Below are positions 50,811 through 60,173 of a DNA stretch of 64,000 nt, piece after piece (positions within the stretch are counted from its first letter, which is position 1; each line of letters begins with the position of its first letter). Below the pieces are notes generated by a model. It had not been told where the DNA came from and did not search any database. It saw only the letters and a program-made list of their open reading frames with translations. Source of the DNA: an uncultured Actinomycetes bacterium (GTDB lineage Bacteria; Actinomycetota; Thermoleophilia; Gaiellales; Gaiellaceae); assembly GCA_963845965.1 (NCBI GenBank), contig CAWJUF010000027.1, positions 13,942 to 77,941 of the forward strand, given 5' to 3'. The position numbers and the translations under genes were made by a program.

Positions 50811-52028
50811 GTGGGTCCTGCGGAGCGGCTCGACAGGTACGCACGCCTCACGGTCGAGGTCGCCGTCAACCTCCAGCCGGGGCAGTTCCTCCGGGTATCG
50901 GCCGACCCGGAGCATCTCCCCCTGGTTCGAGCCATCGGCCGGGTCGCGTACGAGCGCGGCGCGCGCTACGTCGAGGTGCTCTACCGCGACGACCACCTGA
51001 AGCGCGCGCGGGTCGAGCACGCTCCCGAGGACTCGCTCGACTGGAGCCCGCCGTGGACGGTCGCCCTCATCGACCACATGGTCGAGACGCGGGGCGCGAC
51101 GATCTCGATCACCGGCGACGCGGACGCCGAGCTGCTCGCCGACCTCGACCAACGCCGCGCCCAGCGGGCACGGCCGAGAGCCGCCGTCGAGAAACTCCTC
51201 GACGCGGAGAACCGGCGCCTCATCCAGTGGACGATCGTCGGCTACCCGAACGAGGGCTGGGCCCGCACCGTGTTCGGCGAGCCGGACGTCGAGCGCCTCT
51301 GGGACGCGGTCGTCACCGCCGCGCGCCTGGACGAGCCCGACCCGGCCGCGGCCTGGCGCGAGCACATCGCGCGGCTCCGGCAGCGGGCAGCAACCCTCGA
51401 CGAGCGCGGCTTCGCGGCCCTCAGGTTCGTCGGCCCGGGGACCGACCTCCGCGTCGGCCTCCCCGAGGGACATCACTGGCTCACGGGCGCCGAGGAGACC
51501 GTCGACGGCATTCCGCACATCGTCAACGTCCCGACCGAGGAGGTCTTCACGACCCCCGACCGTCGGCTCACCGAGGGCGTCGTGCGATCGACGTTCCCGC
51601 TGTCGCTCGGCGGCACGATCGTGCGCGGCCTCGAGGTCCGGTTCGAGGCGGGGAAGGCCGTCGAGGTGCGCGCCCAGTCGGGCGCAGACGCGGTGCGGGA
51701 GGAGATGGCGACCGACGAGGGATCAAGCTATCTCGGCGAGGTAGCCCTCGTCGACGGCGACTCGCGCGTACGCAAGACAGGCGTTGTCTTCTACGACACG
51801 CTCTTCGACGAGAATGCTGCGTGCCACATCGCGTGGGGCCAGGGCATCAAAGGCGCGGTCGACGGCGGCGAGGACCTGAGCGACGAGGAGCTCGCCGCGC
51901 ACGGCTACAACGACTCCGTCGTCCACACGGACTTCATGGTCGGCGGCCCGGAGGTCACGGTGCTCGGCGTGGAGCGCGGCGGCGCCGAGGTGCCGGTCAT
52001 CGACGACGACGCTTGGGTCCTCTCCTGA
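50811..52028 (+). CDS. aminopeptidase, M29 family
   Basis: NVPTEEVFTTP, LGEVALV, TLFDENAACHIA.G, S.VHTDFM. Confidence 0.92.
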   Translation: MGPAERLDRYARLTVEVAVNLQPGQFLRVSADPEHLPLVRAIGRVAYERGARYVEVLYRDDHLKRARVEHAPEDSLDWSPPWTVALIDHMVETRGATISITGDADAELLADLDQRRAQRARPRAAVEKLLDAENRRLIQWTIVGYPNEGWARTVFGEPDVERLWDAVVTAARLDEPDPAAAWREHIARLRQRAATLDERGFAALRFVGPGTDLRVGLPEGHHWLTGAEETVDGIPHIVNVPTEEVFTTPDRRLTEGVVRSTFPLSLGGTIVRGLEVRFEAGKAVEVRAQSGADAVREEMATDEGSSYLGEVALVDGDSRVRKTGVVFYDTLFDENAACHIAWGQGIKGAVDGGEDLSDEELAAHGYNDSVVHTDFMVGGPEVTVLGVERGGAEVPVIDDDAWVLS

Positions 52029-52083
52029 CCCGCCGCGGCCGCAATTGCCGCACATCGTCGTCGGGTAGCCTTGTCGCTCTCCC

Positions 52084-52155
52084 GGGCGCATAGCTCAGCG
52101 GGAGAGCGCTCGCTTCACACGCGAGAGGTCCCTGGTTCGATCCCAGGTGCGCCCA
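52084..52155 (+). tRNA. tRNA-Val(CAC)
   Basis: GGGCGCA/TGCGCCC acceptor, ctcgc-TTCACAC-gcgag, GTTCGATCC. Confidence 0.95.
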
Positions 52156-52184
52156 CTCCTGCAAGCGGCTTGAATAAGCCAGAT

Positions 52185-52469
52185 TCAAGCGTGGTCGAGG
52201 TATCTGCGTAGTGCCTTACGGATCACCGAGGAGGTTGTCTCGTGGTCGCGCCGCGCCCGCTGGGCGAGCGCCTCGCTGAGCTCGGGATCCAGACGGACGG
52301 ACTCAACGCTGGCAGCTGCCGAGCCCATGAGTGGACGACCGCCTCGCCGACGCAGCATCGCGTCGACGTCATAGCCCGCCGCCGCCTTCTCAGCCAACTC
52401 GGCCACCAGCTCGTCCGTGATCGGAACGCCGCTGACCGTCTTTCTGTGCATCTTCTTAGCCATCGTCAT
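52185..52469 (-). CDS. ribbon-helix-helix (CopG) putative antitoxin
   Basis: GGRP.MG..., SVRLD.EL..AL..RA..., S.VIRKALRRYL. Confidence 0.75.
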   Translation of the reverse strand: MTMAKKMHRKTVSGVPITDELVAELAEKAAAGYDVDAMLRRRGGRPLMGSAAASVESVRLDPELSEALAQRARRDHETTSSVIRKALRRYLDHA

Positions 52470-52692
52470 CCCTCCGGCAAGAGCCGCCGATACTTCGCAC
52501 GCATCTTCATGGCGTGATCACCAGCTCAGAGCCGTCGTTGCGCACGATCGTCACAACCTCCAACACGTCGACGTTCCGAGGTACAGCACGAGTGTCGTCG
52601 TCTTGCTCTTCGATCGCCAACGCGTGTGTTGTTGCATGCTCGATGTCCTCGTCGGCGATGCCGTGCTTGCGCACCGCCGGGTGAATCTCCAC
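52466..52692 (-). pseudogene. putative toxin partner (frameshifted)
   Basis: IHP..RKHGI.DEDI.HA...LEVV...LVI/HAMKMRAKY across a frameshift; overlaps the RHH start. Confidence 0.6.
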
Positions 52693-53444
52693 CGAGGAAT
52701 CGTACTACAAAACTTAGCCTGTCAACCATACCTCGCGGCGGGGCGATTAGACCTTCAGCCCGATGGGTAACCGCACGCGACCCCTCGACGACCGGAGGCT
52801 GACATGTCCACACCAGAGCGCCAGCAAGACCCTGGGGAACACGGCTACGGCGGAACCCACCAGGAAAAGCGCGACGACGATCGCCACGAGCGCCCGGTCG
52901 AAGACCAGGACGCCGACCCGAGACAGGACGAGGAAGACGAAGACGAACGCGACGACTGATGCGTTCGGCGGACAACAGAACCTGTCCCGTCACTTAACGC
53001 GGCAACCACGAGACGCCCGGCACCCTCGACAAGCCGGGCGGGGTACGTGCGGCCATCCCCCGCCCGCGCTGCCCCGCCCGCGCGCCCGCATGGAAGGGAC
53101 GAGGTGCGCGGGAGGCGCACCGAGATCTCGCGACGACGCAGCGAAGCAGGACACGAGTGCCGCGCGAGCGCCGGGACGTCCCCCAATGCATCCCGGACGC
53201 TCGGCTCCCCCGGCGAGCCTCGATTGTCGCCGTTGCGCAGCTCACCGGACCCAGACCAACGTCCAAGCCCTGACTAGCCGCAAGTCGCGGATGTGGACGT
53301 AACGATCGGATGTCGATGTCCGGGACCGAGACCAACGGCGGGTGCCCAGCCCGAGCGCATCCTGACGGCATCGAGGCCCAAACGAGTTGTGCGGCTCGCC
53401 CGCTCGCGCGCTGCGACGACGGCGTTCCGGGGTCCGTGCGGGCG

Positions 53445-53768
53445 TCAGGTTGCGCGCGGGTCGAGGTCCTCCGCCACCTCTGCCGCGTCGCCGAGCTTGC
53501 GAACGACCTCGAAGCGATCCGTGCGATACGCGATTGCCTCGATCGTCGGGTCGGCATGGCCGTGTGCCACGACGAAGTCGGTCGCCTCCGCACGAATCCT
53601 CTCGTACTCCTCATGACGAAGCGTGAGCCGTCGCGCGCAGTCCTCGTCAGCGCACTCGCAGACCACGATCAACTCGGACGCCGACGCCGGCGTCAGCTCT
53701 TCGAGACGCTCGTTGAGCTGCCGAAAGAACGCCTCGTTCGCGGCAAGCCGTTCCTCGCGCGCTGGCAT
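53445..53768 (-). CDS. hypothetical protein with CECxxxxC motif
   Basis: R.A.NE..FR..NE, CECADEDC, EYE.IR, F.V..GH, VV.K. Confidence 0.75.
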   Translation of the reverse strand: MPAREERLAANEAFFRQLNERLEELTPASASELIVVCECADEDCARRLTLRHEEYERIRAEATDFVVAHGHADPTIEAIAYRTDRFEVVRKLGDAAEVAEDLDPRAT

Positions 53769-53954
53769 GCGGCATGCAGTCAAGCAGACGAGCGCGGCCA
53801 TCCGCGACCGAGTAGCTTCGGCCGCCTCGCACCACTTCCAGCCGCCAGGTCGTTCCCCAGTCGCCAGCTTCGGCTGGGGCCACGCTGCACTTCTCTCCCG
53901 ACTGCGGCTCACAGGTCTCAGCTGCGGCGCCGGGCGGATCGGCGATGATCCGAC

Positions 53955-54311
53955 GACGAAGGTAATCCTGGTCGGAGCATCCTTCGGCGGCGTCGCGGCG
54001 ATGACGTCCGGCTCGAGCCTCGACATCGACGGGGTGATCAGCCTCCCGGGGAGACCGGCCTGCCGGAGTACCACGTCGACGCGATCACCGCCGTCGGACG
54101 CCTCCGCGTCCCCCTGCTGATCGTCGGTACCCGTCACGACGCGTACCTGCCGATCACCGACGCACGGAGGCTCCTGCGTCGAGCGGGAACAGACGACAAG
54201 CAGACGATGTTCTTCCCGGGCGCCTGGCACGGGTGGGAGATCGTCGAGGACGCGCCGTACGCAGAGAAGGCGCGCGCGCTCGTCCTCGGGTGGATCCGGG
54301 CCCACACATGA
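53955..54311 (+). pseudogene. 5'-truncated alpha/beta hydrolase fragment
   Basis: VILVGASFGG, VISL, PLLIVG..HD, GAWHG across frames. Confidence 0.6.
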
Positions 54312-54480
54312 CGCCCGGCTCGTGCGGCGCTCGTCATGGCCGTCGTCTCGCGTGGACGAGCGGGAACGGCCGCTCCGCCTTCTAGGAATCCGTCTGGGGG
54401 TGCGTTAGATTGGATCCCGTACACGCTGGGCAGCCCCTCGTGGGTACCCGGATGTTCGGGGGACGGGAAGGGAGGATCCC

Positions 54481-55023
54481 ATGCGCAGGTTCTTGGGGGT
54501 CGCCGTGCTCGTGGCGGGTGCGCTCGTCGCGTCATTGGCGATAGCGGGCGTCGCGTCCGCAGGGCACCGGCACCATGTGGTCGCGACGGTCCTGATGAAG
54601 GACGACTGCGAGCCGGAGAGCTTCAACCACGCGGTTGGGCCGCATACGTGCATCGGCCCCGGCCACACGACGTTCCAGACGTTCATCGGCCAACTCGTCG
54701 CAACCGGGGACGCGCCGGCCTGGCGCTTCGACCCGAGCGCCTTGAGCCTGCCGACGGGCGGCCAGATCAGGGCCGTCAACGTCGGCGGCGAGGATCACAC
54801 GTTCACCGAGGTTGCCAACTACGGCGGCGGCTGCATCGCCGTCCTCAACGACCTGCTCGGTCTGACGCCCGTGCCGGAATGCGCGGGCTTCCCCGGCGGT
54901 GCCTTCGGGGTGACGCTGGCCCCGCCTGGGGGCACGCTGACGACCGGCCCCTTGGCGCCGGGAATCCACCGTTTCGAGTGCCTCATCCATCCGTGGATGA
55001 GGACGACGGCGACGGTGAGCTGA
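54481..55023 (+). CDS. secreted cupredoxin-like protein
   Basis: Signal peptide, N.GGEDHTFT, FECLIHPWM (His/Cys/His/Met type-1 Cu ligands); GGAGG RBS. Confidence 0.75.
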   Translation: MRRFLGVAVLVAGALVASLAIAGVASAGHRHHVVATVLMKDDCEPESFNHAVGPHTCIGPGHTTFQTFIGQLVATGDAPAWRFDPSALSLPTGGQIRAVNVGGEDHTFTEVANYGGGCIAVLNDLLGLTPVPECAGFPGGAFGVTLAPPGGTLTTGPLAPGIHRFECLIHPWMRTTATVS

Positions 55024-55499
55024 CCGTCGGTGCGGAGGTGGGCCGCCCCAGGCCCACCTCCGCGTCGAGGCCCGCGCTCGACCTACGACGTCGAGGCCCG
55101 GTCGCCGGCGTCGACGCGGTGTTCCGCCCGCTCGACGGCGTCGTATCGCCTTTGCAGCCGAGGGCGGCTGCGGCCGATGACTAGATGACTACCTCGAACT
55201 GGTAGAGCGCTCGACGTCGCGGGCCGATCGGGCGCGAATGTCACCGTCCAAGGGGAAGCCGTAGAAGTCGCGTTCGAGCAGGTAGAGCGCCCGGGTTTCC
55301 CGGTCGTGGTCGACGGTCACACTACGCGCGGTCTCCCCCTGGGGTCGCTCGCGCGCGGGTGCCTGCCGGCGCTGTGCACGCTCGGCGCGAATGCGCGTCG
55401 GGTTGGCTGGCATGAGGACGGTGTGCCCCGGAAGCCGTCGGACGAAACCGCTTGGTCGCGGAACCGTCCGAGGCACCAATGGCTCACATGCCCGACACG

Positions 55500-55790
55500 C
55501 TTGCGACGCCGGCTCCGAGCTCTGGGATCCGGTCCGCCCGTGTACGAGGGGGCGAGTACGCCGAGGCGGCCGCCCGCGGCCGCGAACTGCTCGACGCCCA
55601 TCCCGAGCAGGGGCTCGTGTTCTACAACACTGCCTGCCGCGAGAGCCTTGCCGGCCAGACCTCCGACGCCCTCGCCCACCTCGCGCGCGCGGTCGAGCTC
55701 TCGGACGGCTGTCGCGACGTTGCGCGGGGCGACGCCGACTTCGACCCGATCCGCAACGAGCCCGCGTGCGTCGAGCTCCTCGACCGCTAA
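55500..55790 (+). pseudogene. TPR-like C-terminal fragment
   Basis: YNTAC.ESLAG...AL.HL.RA.EL...ARGDADFDPIR; 5' part degraded. Confidence 0.55.
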
Positions 55791-55882
55791 CCCCGTGGCT
55801 GTACCGAGGCAGCCGACCATGCACCACGCGCGTCGGTTCTGCCCTAACCCCGCAGCCGCGATGCCCGCCCGTCGACGACGGG

Positions 55883-55954
55883 AGCCTTATCGCGCTCCCG
55901 ACGCATAGCCGAGCGGGAGAGCGCTCGCTTCACGCTCATCTCAGGTGGCGCCCA
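55883..55954 (+). pseudogene. decayed duplicate of tRNA-Val(CAC) with its upstream region
   Basis: cgcatagccgagcgggagagcgctcgcttcac...caggtggcgccca; T-arm region deleted. Confidence 0.75.
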
Positions 55955-56187
55955 TTCAAGTCGGTCATGATGCGGGCGTGGCGCATCCGTGCCTCCGCTT
56001 CACGCGAAACGCCGCACCGTCGCGCTTCCCACGCCTGTCACGCCGCTGCGCACGAGAAGTCTCCGTGGTCGAGAACGGATTCGTGGACCGACCGGGCGCC
56101 TCGTTCGGACAACCAAGCGCCTCGCGATGTCAAGTATCGGATGCCCAACTTGACTGCCCGGCTGGGCTTCGCGGGAACGCGGGGCGG

Positions 56188-56962
56188 ATGAGCCCTAGCG
56201 CCGCTCGTCTCACGCAGCGCCTGCGCCGCGCGATCCGTCGATACGGATTGCTGGGGACGGCGCGTCGAGCTGGTCGCGAGCTCGTCTCGATCCCCGCCCG
56301 CCGGCGCGAGCGGCGGCGCGAACGGGAATTCGACACGCGTCACGCGATCGATACCGCGGGGGTCATCCAGCTTGGCGCACTCCGGATCGAGAGCGCGAAT
56401 CGCGACCTCGGAGTTCGCTATCAAGCGACGAACCCCGAGATGTTCCGAGCATTGTTCGCAGCGCTTCCGATCGACTACCGTCGATTCGTGTTCGTGGACT
56501 TCGGTGCGGGAAAGGCCGCGCTCGGTCCTTGCGTCCGAGTTTCCCTTCAAGCGGATCATCGGCGTCGAATTCTCTGCCGAGCTGGCGGCCGTCGCGCGGC
56601 GCAACGTCGCGAGCTTTCGCAGCGTCCACCAGCAATGCCGCTCTCTCGACGTTCTGTGCCTCGACGCCGTCGATTACGTACTACCGGAAGAACCTGCAGT
56701 CCTCTATTTCTTCAACCCGTTCCTGGAGTCGGTTCTGACGCACGTTCCGGGGAACATCCGGTGCTCGTATCGGGCCGTTCCGCGGCAGCTCTATCTCGTG
56801 GTCACCGGGGACGCTCCGCTTTCGGTGTTCGCGAACGCGGGCTTCGCGCGGGTCAGAACGGAGGTCGACGCCCTCCACGGTCAACGAGTCTTCACGATGG
56901 GCGCGGCGACGCCGACGGTTCACGAAGGAGAGGCGACGAACGAGCCGTCGGACGCCATGTAG
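56188..56962 (+). CDS. class I SAM-dependent methyltransferase (frameshifted)
   Basis: FVDFGAGK, PFKRIIGVEFS.EL, LYFFNPF. Confidence 0.78.
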
Positions 56963-57006
56963 ACCGATGCTTCCGCGGCGCCGGGCGGATCGGCGATGAT
57001 CCGACC

Positions 57007-57999
57007 ATGCGCCGCCGGACCGGAACCGAACGGGACGTTCGCGCGGCGATCGTCGGCGCCGGACGGATGGGACGCTGGCACGCCCGGGCCGTCGAAGCAT
57101 CGGGGGGCGTGGTCGTGGCGGTGGTCGACCAGGACGTCGGGCGCGCGCGAGCGCTCGTAGAAGGCGGTGTCGCCGTACCCTCGCTCGGCGAGCTGGAGCC
57201 GACTCCCGGACTCGACGTCGTCCATGTCTGCACTCCGGTCGGGAGCCACGCCGACCTCGTGAGGGAAGCCGTCGATGTCGGAGCGCACGCGATCGTCGAG
57301 AAGCCGCTCGCCGAGGACGCTGCGGCGACGCGATTGCTGCTCGAGCAGACGGGCGCGGCCGGTCGGATGGTCGTACCTGTGCACCAGTTCGTGTTCCAGC
57401 CCGGCGTCCAGACGATCCTGCGACGGCGCGACGAGCTCGGCCCGCTCGTCCGATGCGCCTTCGTCGCCGCGAGCGCCGGCGCCGAGACAACCGCGCTCGG
57501 CGCCGACGAGCTCGTCTCAGAGATCCTCCCGCACCCACTCTCGCTCTTCGCACGATTGACGCCGCTCGACGTCGGCGAGCTCGACTGGCAGGTGATCCGG
57601 CCCGCCGTCGGCGAGCTACGGGCCGTCGCGGTAGCGGACGCGACGTCGCTCGAGATCGTCCTGACCGCCCATGGACGACCGACGTCCACGACGCTCGAGG
57701 TGATGGGCACCGAGGCAACTGCCCGAGCCGACCTCTTCCACGGCTTTGCCACCGTCGATCGCAGCAGGGCGACCCGCGCAGCCAAGCTGACGAGCCCGTT
57801 CGTGCGGAGCACGCGGACACTCGTCGGCGCCGGGGTCAACCTGGCCGCGAGGACGATCAGCTGGGAGACGGCCTACCCGGGGCTACGCGAGCTCGTGCGG
57901 CGCACATACGTCGCGATCGCGTGCGGGAACGAGCCCCCGATCTCGACGACCGAGGCCGTCGCCGTCGCGGTGGCCCGCGACCGGATCCTCGGCGCCTGA
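57007..57999 (+). CDS. Gfo/Idh/MocA-family oxidoreductase
   Basis: IVGAGRMG, VHVCTP..SH, VEKPLA. Confidence 0.85.
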   Translation: MRRRTGTERDVRAAIVGAGRMGRWHARAVEASGGVVVAVVDQDVGRARALVEGGVAVPSLGELEPTPGLDVVHVCTPVGSHADLVREAVDVGAHAIVEKPLAEDAAATRLLLEQTGAAGRMVVPVHQFVFQPGVQTILRRRDELGPLVRCAFVAASAGAETTALGADELVSEILPHPLSLFARLTPLDVGELDWQVIRPAVGELRAVAVADATSLEIVLTAHGRPTSTTLEVMGTEATARADLFHGFATVDRSRATRAAKLTSPFVRSTRTLVGAGVNLAARTISWETAYPGLRELVRRTYVAIACGNEPPISTTEAVAVAVARDRILGA

Positions 58000-58001
58000 C
58001 G

Positions 58002-58220
58002 CTACGAGCCGACCGACGTCGCCAGCTCAGGCTGCGACGGGTCGGCGAAAGCCTGATGAAGGCTGAGTGACGGCAGCGGCGGTCGCCGATAGCGGCGGGA
58101 GAGGATCGGGACACGCGGGCGCACCCGCCGAGAAAGCTCGGGGTCGACGAGGACGAGCTCGGGGCTGATCCTCGGAAGATCGTCGGCGCGATCGCCGACC
58201 GAGCGTGCCGCAGACGTCAT
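58002..58220 (-). CDS. small hypothetical protein with SPELVLVDPEL motif
   Basis: MTSAARS...ISPELVLVDPELSRR. Confidence 0.5.
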   Translation of the reverse strand: MTSAARSVGDRADDLPRISPELVLVDPELSRRVRPRVPILSRRYRRPPLPSLSLHQAFADPSQPELATSVGS

Positions 58221-58288
58221 CGATTCCCTCATCGGCACGGGCCCGCCCCGGCTTGACTCCCTCGACCGAGCGGTCCTGCGACTGTTCC

Positions 58289-59634
58289 TCAGGGGACGTC
58301 CAGCGTCGCCTGGACGACGGCCCGGGTCGACCGGCCGCCCTTTGTGACCGGCCAGACGTACCACCTGTACGAGCCCGGCGTCAGACGGTTCGTTCGACCC
58401 TCGTACCGCCAGCTCTGCCCGATCTCGAGCACGGGGTCCGTCGTCTCCTTCGCAAGCACGCGGTTGGTGCCCTTGAAGAGCTCGACGTGGTAGCCGATCG
58501 CGCCGGCGACGGGCGCCCAGGCGAATCGCCTCGGCTCCGGCGCGACGACGGGCGCCGTGGCGCCGGCGGCCTTGGGCTTCACTGCAGCCTTTGGCTTCGC
58601 GGCCGTCGTGGTCTTCGCCTGTGCAGCGGCCGTCTGCGCAGCCTTGGCCTTGGCCGCCCTCGCCTTGGCCGCCCTCGCCTTGGCCGCCCTCGTTCCTGGC
58701 CGCCCTCGCCTTCGCCGCCCTCGCCTTGGCCGCCCTCGCCTTTGCTGCCGCGGAGGCAGATGACTTCGCCTGGGTCGAGGCCTTCGTGGGCTGCGCGGCC
58801 TTGGCCTTCGCAGGCGGCTTGGTGGTCGTGGCGGCTTTCGGCTTCGCGCGAGCCGTCTTCTGAGGGGACGCGGGCGGCGTGCCGGGAGGAACGGCCGTTG
58901 CGTCGCGCGAGCCCGACGAACCGACCGGCAGGACGCCGTCGAGCCGCATGATCCCGAGGGTCGCGAGGGAGGCGACCGCCGTCGCCGCGACGAGCGCGAG
59001 CGCACCACGGCCGCGTCGCGAGGCTCGAGGCGGGCGCGCCCGCGAGCACCGTCGCGGGGCGCGCGACGCGGGTGCGGCATCGCCGGAGGGATTGCGGCGG
59101 GCGGCGACGCCGGCGGGAGCTCCGCGGCCTCCGCCGGTGCGGGCAGGCGCGGACTCGACCATCCACACGGGCTCGGCCTCGATCACGCGCTCGACGGCCG
59201 GCGACGGAGGTTCCGGAGGAGTCGGGCGGCTCCGGCCGGACGTCGACCGTGCGGCGCCGGCGGCACGACCGAGGGAGCAAGGGCGACGGACGGCGGCGAT
59301 TCCGGCTCGCTCGGACGCCGGTCGTTCGGCTCGGGTGGCGCGACCGGCGCCGACGGCTCCGGGGGCGCGACGCGCGCGGCGGGTGCGGGCTCCGGCGGCG
59401 CGGCGATCGCGGGCGACGGCGGCTCACTGACGGCGGAGGGCGTCGGCGCCGCGGGCCGGGGCACGACGGCCGGCTCGCGGCTCCGGCAGCTTTGCAGGGA
59501 CGAGCCGGAGCGTCGGCGTCCGCTTCGGCGGCGACGCGAGCAGCGCCGGCTCGCGCTCGCGCCGCGAGTCGCTGCGCGAGCTCGGGATCGACGAGGACGA
59601 GCTCGGGGCTGACGCCCGAGAGATCGTCGTCCAT
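58289..59634 (-). CDS. Pro/Ala/Lys-rich membrane protein (frameshifted)
   Basis: N-terminal SPELVLVDPEL, Pro-rich linker, TM, KARAA repeats, C-terminal FAW.PV.GA.GY.VELF...PGSYRWYVWP. Confidence 0.7.
58648..58742 (-). repeat. 15-bp tandem repeat encoding KARAA
   Basis: About 6 copies of ccttggccgccctcg. Confidence 0.85.
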
Positions 59635-59766
59635 GTCGCCGGGCGATGTCCGGGACGGACGTCATCCAATCAGTCATCGGTCGGGGATGGATTCGGCTTG
59701 ACCGAAGCGCACATCGTACTGGTGCTCGGCGACGGGGCACCCCGATGGGGCTGATACGCTCGTGTC

Positions 59767-60044
59767 GCCCGGTCGCGCTAGGTGGGGAGTCAGCGGTTCC
59801 CTGAACCCGAAATCCGCTCCAGCGGGGCCGAACGCCGTCCGAGGACGGCGGTCACGGGCACGGGTCATCGACACGTGGCGTTGACGGTCGGGTCCCGCGC
59901 ACTGGGAGCGTTCGAACCGCGTCAGATCCGGAAGGAAGCAGCGCTAAGAACTCCCTCCCAGGTGCCGCGGCACCGCCCGACCCGAGCAGGCGGCGGAGAC
60001 ACCACCCGGGTTCGCCGTTCGACGCCGGAGGCGCGCGGCCGGGC
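59767..60044 (+). ncRNA. ffs: large (Alu-domain) signal recognition particle RNA
   Basis: Helix-8 motif TCAGATCCGGAAGGAAGCAGC; 5' Alu-like gctaggtggggagtcagcggttccctgaacccgaaatccgctccagcgggg; ends pair (gcccggtcgcgc/gcgcggccgggc). Confidence 0.9.
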
Positions 60045-60173
60045 ATTTCGCGGATCACGCTCGGCGACGTCTGGCCGTCGTCCGGCGCGAAACCACATTC
60101 TGGGGCGTCAGACGCCGCTGGCGCTACGGCTCCTGGTCTATCAATGCGTCGGAGTCGGGGTACATTGAGTCGG

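Noticed and set aside
52845-53300. Small ORFs after the TA pair
   Set aside because: Only a hydrophobic stretch without a clear start or motif; not supportable.
58648-58742. CRISPR array
   Set aside because: Spacer-less 15-bp coding tandem repeat; no cas genes or repeat-spacer arrays seen in the window.
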